Part shown: positions 53,508-64,000 of the stretch, in pieces
How positions within the stretch are numbered: the first letter of the stretch is position 1
How the letters are laid out: every line of letters starts with the position of its first letter
Source of the DNA: Lingula anatina
Taxonomy: Eukaryota; Animalia; Brachiopoda
DNA length: 64,000 bases
NCBI GenBank assembly: GCA_051362555.1
Contig: CM120640.1
Span: forward strand, 5,456,001-5,520,000
Direction of reading: 5' to 3'
The notes under the pieces: model-generated
Told to the model about the DNA's origin: nothing
Seen by the model: only the letters and a program-made list of their open reading frames with translations
Database searches by the model: none
Made by a program: the position numbers and the translations under genes

Positions 53508-55289
53508 AGGTGGCAGACATAGAGGTTTTTGTATAAGAAAATAATTTGTGTTTGTACATAGTTTCATTGCTCACCTTTTGTCTATGAATACCTTCCATGA
53601 GAGATCATTTTATGATACTGATGTGAAAATATCTCATCAGCAAATACTTATACTATCCATTGGGGTAGGTTGAAATTTGCACAGCTAATTTAAAAACTAT
53701 ATTATGTGTAATATGACACAGTTGCACTACAGTTAATTTTGTTAGTGCACCGGTAATCTAACTGAATGCATTGGAACACTCATGAAATTGTTGCAAATTA
53801 CTTGATCAATTTTTAATAGTAAAAGGACACGTAATTTTGTTGCTAGTTTATTTATTGAGATGTGTAAAGGAAATAAAGCTCTCATTAAAGGGACAGGGTT
53901 CCAGTATCTCATTAATGGTGTTCAGACACAATTTTTAATGAATTTACCATTCCCTGATCAAAATTACAAGTTTTGTAAAAGTGATATTGTGTAAACAATC
54001 CCAAATTTGGGTACTGGAAAAATTAAAATATAGAATATTTTGATGTTTATAAGATAATGGGAGTAAAACAGGATTGGTTAATTTCATTTTAAACAAAAAC
54101 GTTTTAAGTTTTGGTATTGCAATAGCATTTTTGTGATAAAATTTACATCAACACCATTGTTGCTCAACACTACCAATACAAAGAGATTGAAATGGAAGTT
54201 ACATTTGTAACAATAATTTAGTTGTCAAAATTGGCAAACTGGACAATACAAAGCAAGAAAACAAACATGAAATATACTTGACATCCAAAAAGTGAATTTT
54301 CTGTATATGCAAGTAAAGAGCCAATACTCTATTGTTTCAACTTTTTTATTTTTATTTATTTTTTTAAATCACATTAGACATTTTATCAGACAAGAAGCCT
54401 GGACCATATCACCAGATGCAACAGTATCAACTTGGTTTTAAGACATGGTTTGGATTGAAAGCATCTTCTAAGTTCACAAACACTTAAATGTACAACTCTT
54501 ATAGTCTTTCAGAAGTTATTTCTTCACCTAGCACAAATTCCAACCTCTTTTTGTACAGTAAACTTGCTTTAACATAATATGTATATATATATATTAGTAT
54601 ATTTTTCTGTCTGTATTCTGAATTACCAGGCATCCTGCCTTCAAATATAAATTCAAATGAATATGGCAAACTGAATTCAAGGCAATATAAAATGAGATGG
54701 TAAATTAAAGATCAATAATTTATAATATAACATCTTTGTTATTCAACAACAACAATGCAGATAGGCGGTCAAAGTTACTTTGTTAAAATATTTTTCCTCA
54801 AGTATGCCTTTTCAAAAATTTCACACTGTACAGTGTCTCTACACTACCAATTTTTTTGAGATCATTGGGCTCCGTTAACTGTACATATCAAGTTATATCT
54901 CGATGCAAAGATACTGTACAGCAATGTGCAGTAGATATCTCTTAGACAGTGCACAACACATTGCTGCTTATTATTAAGGACAGCTTACCTATTACTTAGC
55001 AATCTGATCACTAGTAGCAAGAGACAGCCCATTTTTTTTGTTGCCTGGTGATACAAAACTTTCTGCTGCTGGTAAAACCAGGAAATTATGCAATCATGTC
55101 TGATTCAATAAATTTCATGAATAAATCCAAATGAACGTCTCTTAAATACAGCTTTAACTTCTCTAAAAAAAGTACGAAATAATGGACTGACACTATCAAA
55201 TTGAAGTTGAACACTTCACATACCACCTTTTCCTCAATCAAAAAAATACTTTACAAATAATAAGATTATTTATCAAACAGTATTTCTTG

Positions 55290-58200
55290 CTAATCATCAA
55301 TATTTACATAGGGCAAAATATGTAAAGTCTCACTTTCGTATGTTGGCATAGAAATAGTTTTTGACCAGTCATTCCACTCTCCGTCACAGTCATAATTTCC
55401 ATTTATCCCAGGCCACCGTTCTTTGTTTAAACGTTCAACAGTCAGATCTGTCACTTCAGGGAGTGACTGCACCTCGTCACCATTACTCTCTTCTTCTAAT
55501 TTTATCTCATCAAGATTTAGAGGAGGAAGTAAACTATATGGATCTAATTCTTCCTTGGGGTAAGTCTCTTCAGTATTTATTACTTCTTTATATATATCCA
55601 ACTCACTTTTCACAGACTGAAGACTTACATCAGCAGAATTTGGTAAAGAGTCACTATTGGCAAAGCTGACATCAAAGTTGGCAGGAGATTGTGTCCTTCC
55701 TATTGAATCAAGGGGACTAGATAAATCCTCAGGTGTTACAGATGACTGTAGGAATTTTTGCACAAGTTCTGTTTTTGTTTGGCTTAGTGTCACCTCACCA
55801 ACCCTGGGGAGCTGTGTAGGAGTTCCCACGCTGGGATTACGCCTGGGTCTTGGCTTGGCCCCTGCCGGAACAATGGACTCTTGGACTTCAACCTCCTTCT
55901 GAATCTGATTTGTCTGGATTTTCTTAATTGTCTTACTACCCAGATTAGGGGAACTACTTTTGGCTTGCAGTTCAGCAATCAGTTGTGCTGTGGTTTTCAC
56001 TTTTGGTGTTCTACTTGTGACCATTGATTTGTCCATTTCTGTTTTCAATGAGAGGTTCGTGTTCCTTCTGTTTGATAGTCCTCCTTTTGAAGAAGAACCA
56101 CTAGGTGAAATCTTTGATTCTAACGCTATGGCTGCTTGAGTATTCAGTGAGGATGCCGAGGATGACCGGCTTAATGACTTAATTGCTGGAGATTGCACGG
56201 CACCCCCACTTCTATCACATTTGATTGAAAGAAGTCCATTCACAGTTGTACTGCATGCATTTTCTTTACTATCTTTTGAATCACTGCCTACTAATGCTGG
56301 TGTCTTTTTTGAAGGCTGTTCTGGGAGAGTATCACCATTACGCTGCCTCTTTCTATTTGCTATATTAGTTCGATCTACCGTTTCACTGACACCAACTGAA
56401 GATACTGTAGGAGGTGATATGGAATGACATTCAAATCCATTGGAAGTTTTTGTTCTTTCCGTTACAGCTGGACTGACTAGTTTCCCTGCTCCCTGTCTGC
56501 CACCTGGCTGTACCACCCCAGGGGAGAGGCGACTGGCCTGAGCACTCCCTGGGGTGGCAGGCCTTGAAGCTCGTGGCAAGCCTGGAGAGATTTTGGTTGC
56601 TTGTTGGACATTTATAGGAGTTCCTGATCGACTTGACCCTCCGGAAACTGGAGTGATGGGTCTGCTCCTGGTGGGAGGCATTCCAGGTGAACTGCTCTGT
56701 GATAAACCGGCTGGAGAACTCCGACTGCCTGCTAGTTTAGCAGGAGAACCTTGAGCTTTGTATTTATTACCCTTTCCTGTGGACAAGGCAGGTGAAGCCA
56801 CAGCTCCAGGCCCCAGAGCAGGAGAGGCATGTCCACGTGGCGTGCTCACCCTGCTCGTTTGAGATAAAGCTGGGGATATCGTAATTCTTGGACTTAGTCT
56901 TTGGCCTTGATAACCCCCAGATCGTAATGCTACGTTATCTCCATTAATTGTATTTGTAGTTTGGGGGGCAACCAACTGTTGCCATGAGCGGACAAGGTCT
57001 TTAGCTCTCCTTGCAAGTTCTTTGTTTGTGGTCTTCCTACGCATTTCATTAACATAACGCCCAAGTCGTGTTTGCTGAAATTAAATAATATTTATACCAT
57101 TAAACATAATAAATATTATTTATGGTCTTTTGGTAATAAGTACAGTGAAAGCCCACAAAACCACTGGGTGTTAGTACCAAAGATTCAAATAGCCCCTAAA
57201 AACATTTCCCTTTTACAACGAAACATTGTTTTTTTTCTACATCCTATATTTACCTTTAATTTCAATTAGATTACAAACCATGACCATTTTTCAAAAATTA
57301 CTTAAGTTACTATCACTACATTTTTAGAACCTGAAAACTAGGACCAAACATAGCCCAAAGTCGTACTTGTGAACAAAACTATATGTGACTACAGGTGTAT
57401 TTTTATACCTCCAATGCCTCCCTGGTAATTGGGAACTTCTCCAGGGCAGAGATAGTCTCCAGAACTCCCACCATGTCAACCACCTACAAGAAACAAGTAC
57501 AGAATATGCATTAGTGTAATCTCTTTATATATATGTATATCAATGACAAGAAGTAGAGGTAGGGTGCAGCCCAGACAATGCGTAGTCCTCAACCGTTGTT
57601 TCCTGTGTGGAAGAAGGGCACCAATGTCATTCTAATTTAACTCTTCTATGGTAGCACAAAAACCACAAAAACCTAACATACAAAACTTTTCTTCAAGGTG
57701 GGGAATAACAGGTTATTCTAATTTAAACCATGATTCAGGAAGAAAACAATAGGCTGCGCGATGTTCTACTCTGTGAAGAGACAAGACAAGCTTGAATGCA
57801 CAAACACATGAAATGGAACACAGCGCAGCTGAATGTTTTTTGCTTGAACGCCAGATAAAGCACCAGTTGCAATGTTTTGCACAAAATAGAGCAGATAAGT
57901 GACATAATACAAAGCTCCGAGACTACTACATAATAGATGCATATTTGCATTTTACATAAACGGATAACATATTTTGTAACACATTTTGTTAAAAATATGC
58001 AACTGGTTACTTTTTGATTCCAAAATACATCATATTGTTTTTAAATCGTATACAAGTTTTTAGATATTTTATTGACATATTTCATCCACATACGAAACAA
58101 ACAAACCCCTTTTCACTTTTATTGGCACATTGTTATAATTGTAACACAATCAATGGCAAGTGGGACAAAAGTGAACCAAAAAAAAAAAAAAAACAGACAG

Positions 58201-61200
58201 ATACCCTCACTAATTCTTCACTTTTCTCTACCTCATAAGGCATGTTTCCAGAGGAGATGTGTCAAATTAACTGACTGGAAATAGTCTTATAACACCTATT
58301 TCATGTGCCACTCACCATGCTTTGCAGTGCAACATCACACACACACAACACACACACACACACACACATGGGTTGTGTAACAGGGTAGCTGCATACTGAG
58401 AAATTATTCTAAGCAAGTTCAAACAGTTCAGCTGAACATGCATTTATAGTTGGTCTTGGAATAGCTGCATACAGTATGTACATAATACAAATATGAGAAA
58501 TCAACAGATGTCTTTTCTGTTTTCTCTTCATGTGAGATATGCTACATTGCTATTTTTGAGCTACTTATTACCTACAAGCTTTCGGATAAAAAGGATGGTG
58601 CCTTTTAAACAGTTCAACTCACTAATTGCCTTCTAATAGACAATCATTACCAAGTGGTTGTCACCAACCTGATTTTACTCCCACAAAATAATTCAAAGTA
58701 CATCATACAACCAAGACAATGCCAAGTTCATCTTTCTATGTGAATATCTTTGCTAGAATTCTAAATAGTGCATTCTCTCAGGTGTGAAACAAATCCATAA
58801 AAGTCAGTATTCATTTATGTGAATTAGCAACGGAAGCAACTGCATTGAAAAAGTGCAATTTATGCCTGTTTTATCCACTATATCCAAGAATATAACATGC
58901 AATGTAATAAAAAGTTACACCATGATATCACTTTTAAATCTATTTGTTCAATAATCAGTCTTTTTTACCTTAGGAAATAACCAAACTGTAGTTTGAAATA
59001 CTGTAAAAGTGATAACATTAATACATAAATATATCTAGATATAATCTTGTCAACAATGCAAATCTTATTTCTCCAGCTTTAGAAACAGTCACAATGAATT
59101 TAAAAGCTTTGAACTGGAAATACATCACAATTACACTTAAAGTGTATAAAAATTAATTTTTCCTTTCCCTAGGAAGTCACTCATTATAGTTGTGTGGAAG
59201 GATATGGCATGCTCAATATTTTTTTAACAAGTTTGGTAAGTTCTTATAAAAATTGTTACACGATGAATACACATTTTATACTGTTATCATTATATCTACA
59301 TCAGTGTCTTCAGATCCCAACATGCATTATGGGACATAGACAAAGACTGCTTATTCATTACCAATTCTATTCAGAAGACAATGCAATATGCTGGTTTTCA
59401 TGCTAATAAAGAGGCTAGTGACCACAGAGGAGTAAAAAGATCTGTTTGCAACAATCTATGGAAAGTGTTCATTTGCATTTTGTAAATATGTTATGCTGCA
59501 ATATTGCCAGTTTAATGATTCCAAGAATTTACAATTTGCTAAGCCTTAGAAGAGTTTATGCCAGAGGGCCTGGAAGTAACACAATATAAACTACTGGTTT
59601 TGAACTTCGTGTCATTATTGGACATAAAGATTTTGGGAAGCAAAACACACCAACCAATTCACTTATTCCCATTTCAACCTCTAGCACAGTATGAATAATT
59701 TCAAAACTGCAACAATGCTTGAGGAAGAAAACTTGGACCAAACAAAGTTATAGAAATATTAACAAAACTAAACGAGACAGGTGCACAAGCAATTAATATC
59801 CCTATAATTAGCACATAACAGACAAGGCAATCTGTACAACCAGGTTTTAAAAAAACACATAACAAGGTACATTTGTAAGTTTTAAATTTGATGGTTGCAC
59901 TATGAAGTGACTATAAAAGAACTTAACTATCATTTGTCACTAGTTTTTCTATTATTTCAATTCAAGAAATATATCCTATCAAGAATTTATACATTTTTGT
60001 ATCTGATTATCATATTACACACAAACGGTTGGTAAAATGAGAAATTACAATAATTATAGTTACTGCTTGACTTGGAAGTATTGGCCATATAGGTTTTATA
60101 GTCCAAGTAATAATACTCTGACACTCCTACTTTTATTTTCAATATTTATTGGTATGCAAAAGTAGATATATCAAATATGTGCCCAAAAGGTGACAATAAA
60201 CTGCCATTTCCTGCCAGGAGTCCGGATGAAAATGTTAGTACATTCTCTTTCAACTCACTGCTAAGTAGTCAAGTGCTCTGTCCTCAAAGCACTGAAAATT
60301 AGCAAAGGTCTATCAAGCAATCTATCATAAAAACATCACTATGAAATTAAAAAGCATAACACATTTTTATTTTGGAATCACAAAACAGAAGCTGTGTGGA
60401 AGCCAACCAAAACCTGTACATTGCTTATAACTGATCTTTTCTTACTTAGATTTTCAGAATAGAACCCAGTTCAAAGTTCATTTTATTCAGGGTTTATATT
60501 GCAAAGATAGTGTTGTCAAAACTAGTTTTGAGATCCTTATTTTTAGAAGTCATATTCTTCTATGATGGATCTTCATCAAATTCCACTACTGAAAACAATC
60601 ATTTCACTTTTAAACAGAGTGCAACACATGAAGATGGAAGTGATGAGGAAAATATGAGGTTTTCTTTCAAGGAGGATTCGCAGAACTGAAGATTGTATTC
60701 ACTTAAACTTTATCTATATCTATCAGACTGGTGCAACATGAAAACATGCAAAGGTAAAGCAGTGCTAGAGGCTGGTTATTTGGACTATATGTATAAGCAA
60801 TCAGTTGCTATTGTTCACATTATGCATCCTGTGAAAAATCCATTATATAAAAGAAGCTCTTAAAACACTTCTTCAACTTAGTATATGAACAATAAACCTT
60901 GATTTACACAACACTGCAAATTGAGCTTGCATTTTACTTCATTGTCTGCTACAATTAATTATTAACTAGCAACACTAAATATATCAAAATGACCATAGTG
61001 TCACAAAACAGCACTCAGCTACAGACTAACGAATATGGATTGTAACTATCATGCATGTGCTATTACTGAACATTCAGTCTATAACGACGGGGGAAGTGGA
61101 AACGTGCAAAAAAGGACAAGCCGCCGCCGACTCGGGCCAAATATAGACATTACTACGCCGTGCGCCAAACCGATCTAAAACAGCTCCATTTTGATAATTT

Positions 61201-61439
61201 CGATAATTATCTGTGATCGTGATGAAGTTTTGTCTTCACTTAAAAGTAATATAGCAATGTGTGCCATTCACACCAAACCAACTTTCTCTTCGCCTCGTCG
61301 AAGAGCAAGTGAATACACCTGGAAACCCGCTCGCACAATTTCATACATTCCTTCAGAAATACGATTATTTCCTTACATTATTGTCATTATCAAGCGTCCT
61401 AAGAAACTTCTCCTTCAGTTCTTGGGCAGTGTTCGGCAT
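55290..61439 (-). CDS. MED26: Mediator subunit 26
   Basis: Exons 61377-61439 (MPNTAQELKEKFLRTLDNDNN), 57409-57483 (VVDMVGVLETISALEKFPITREALE) and 55290-57074 (QTRLGRYVNEMRRKTTNKELARRAKDLVRSWQ..KVKTTAQL..WPGINGNYDCDGEWNDW..LHILPYVNID). TFIIS-N-like domain plus Med26 C-terminal domain. Confidence 0.95.
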
Positions 61440-62230
61440 TTAGGCCACTGGGAGGCTCAGTTTTTGATGTAATTCTGCCAGCTGAGTGACCCTCCAGCCA
61501 CCAGAATGGCGGACATTCAGACATTGCAGACACGCGCAGAGACATCTGGGAAATCTGAGCCCGAACCTGATATCACGAAGCCGAGAGTGACGTCAGTAAA
61601 TCCATCGGCTGTTTCCGGATTGGGTAAACCTCGTTTCCATCTCTGGGGTTCCCTCGGGATTCCAATGCTTCTATTTATAGTTGTCCATACAGGTGCGTCG
61701 AAGATAAAACTGCAAGTCTGCTTGAAGTCTGACAGAAAGAAGTTTTAGGATTCATTAGGCTCACATAACTATGCCGAATAATATCAGAGATGCAACAAAT
61801 GCTCTTTACAGTCTTTGGGCCTTCTGTAAATTGTCAATTTGGGCAAAATTAATTCATATTCACAAAAACGCAGGATTTAACCTCCGATTTCTACGGCATT
61901 TGCTTATGGGGAATATTACCCATTTATTTTCTTTAACCTTTAATTTAATTTATATTTATGTTTTTAAACATTTTTCTGTGATTCTCTGTAAAAGGGTCGG
62001 TAGACATGATTTAATTATTTTACCATTTGATGTTTAACGCCACACCAGCTAAACTCTAGGGTCTGTGTGTTTTTCGATAAAAAAAATATTTTCATATATC
62101 ATTTTTAGCTTATTATTATCAATTATTCTTTTTATTTATTTATTTTAATTTTTAAAGCTTAGTCAATCGTGTCATTAAGTGCGTTCTCTCTGTATGTATG
62201 CTGATGTGCCTAGCAGTGAAGATGGCGGTG
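61440..62230. promoter_or_regulatory. MED26 promoter region, CpG-rich, probably bidirectional
   Basis: YY1-like AATGGCGG near 61505 and AAGATGGCGG at 62219-62228, palindromic CRE TGACGTCA near 61588, ETS-like TTCCGG near 61613. Confidence 0.6.
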
Positions 62231-64000
62231 AGTGGGAGGACTGATCAGATTACTTTTGCTGATTATTATGAACACAGCTTAATGGGAAGGCCAGCCACGA
62301 AGAGCATCATACCGAGTGTCGGCCTATATCCAATGTAAGGTGTTACACATGTACACAGCAGCATTCTCCCCGTACATAAGGCATTCCATAAACAATGCTT
62401 CTTTTCGAACAATGACGTTGATTAGAAAGGAAACTACATGTGAAAACAAAAGTCGCGACATTCAACCATGTATTTCACAAATGCTATCTAGTAAATTATT
62501 AACATAGGCCTTCTGTTAAGTAGACTTCACTCAAATACTGATATGGAAGTGCTACTATAGCATCCACGAAAAATACATTTTCTAGCTGCGCAGAGATCAC
62601 AACTGTCGCAATCACTCTTTCCGTACGCGTGATATGTCACACTGAAAAGTATGCACCATCTGCGAGCAACTTGCAGATAATTAAATTTTGTTTACTGTGT
62701 CTCTGCTGCAAATTATTTGTTTTTACGTCATGACACTCGTGCATACTTAATATGGATTAGTGAACAAGTGTGGGTCCTGGAAAACGGAACAAATCCGTTT
62801 TTAATTTTCAAAAGTGTCCAGTTTGCTCTTTTATTATTTCGATGTTTGTTTCAATTCAAAGAAATTATTCAAAATAAATGTTGTTTTCATATTAGTAATA
62901 AGATATGATAAAAATGTTAATTGCGAATTAAGTTCAACGGAAATAGAAAGAAGATAAAAAATACCTCTCTGGCTTCTAAATTCTAAACACGAAAGACATA
63001 TGGCGAAAGTTATCAATTAAAGATGAAGGAACGGTTTACGGTTTTCATTTATCGGAAAGATTGCACAAATTAAGAAATTAACTTGATTCAATTTATCATC
63101 TTGATGCCTGTATCACATATCATGTAACACGCAATCTTGCAGTAGCTGGCAGAGCAAATACGCGAGTAAAGTGGGGTATTCATATTAAAAGTTGCGATGC
63201 GGAAAGTCTTATCGTGGTACACGGTGTCTTTACGGAGGGATGTTATTTACGCGCACAAGCTATCGCCCGTAACTAAGAGAATTTCTACCAAGAAGAAAAT
63301 AAGTTTCTGCTTGTTGCTTACAGTTGGTTGCGTCCTCACCCCTTTTTAATGAACTCCTTTTTGGCGACAAATGAAATCCTCTGTGGCGCTTATTAATTTT
63401 ACGAGGCAGTTTTATAACAACACGAGTTAGAAAAACCTAAAATAAGTCGAAATTAGTTCCTTACAAAAAGTATTCGGTTAAAATCGCATCTTATATAGGC
63501 AGGTGCCTATCGAATTTGCCATAAAACCTCGCAAGAAGTGTGGTGCTTTTCTACTACGGGGACCTCAGTGTACTTAGCTCTCTCGTTTGAACGTCCCGGT
63601 TATTTACTGTACCGTTCTACAGATTTCTTTTTTTTTTTTTTGTGTTAGGTTCATTACATGTACTTTACAGGGTCTTTTTCAATATTATGGCACCGTTGCA
63701 AACAACCAATCCAAATTTTAATTTTAAAATTACAATTAATACTTATTTCCAAATGTCCAGAAAAATACCTGATAAAGCATACAGTTTGATCTAATAAATA
63801 AAATGAAATGCATTTAAGGTGCACGAGGCTGTGATATGGATACATGAATATTTGATCCTGGTCAAAGGTATAAAAAATTGAATGATAACAGAATTATCCA
63901 GGGTAAACCAGGTTAAACTAACTCATTCATCTAGTTTACCTGTGAGTAATATCTCAAGTAAGTTGTAAAGATAATAAATCACCTTTGAGTATACGATCAA

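Overview
AT-rich, intron-containing animal genomic DNA, most likely a marine invertebrate (lophotrochozoan-like; inferred, not proven). It is not prokaryotic, so most short ORFs in the track are exon fragments or noise. I can reconstruct nine spliced host genes in tight alternating orientation: MCM9 (3' part, +), PBK/TOPK (-), a C1orf87-like EF-hand gene (+), a coiled-coil gene resembling CCDC159 (+), DHCR24 (-), UHRF1 (+), CMPK1 (-), STIL (+) and MED26 (-). A tenth gene may begin near 62.2 kb. The most unusual object is a 3.3-kb DIRS1-like tyrosine-recombinase retroelement (3004-6299) between the MCM9 and PBK 3' ends. Its ITR/ICR termini are perfect, but two internal deletions removed the RT and RNase H catalytic cores, while the recombinase is intact and the N6-adenine methyltransferase now sits in its own ATG-started ORF. 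Its 5' leader is a dense array of short hairpins, several with C(GNA)G triloops. Introns carry several MITEs (one wrapping a 67-bp tandem array) and an L2/CR1 LINE 3' end. Gene names rest on motifs recalled from known orthologues; no database search was run.
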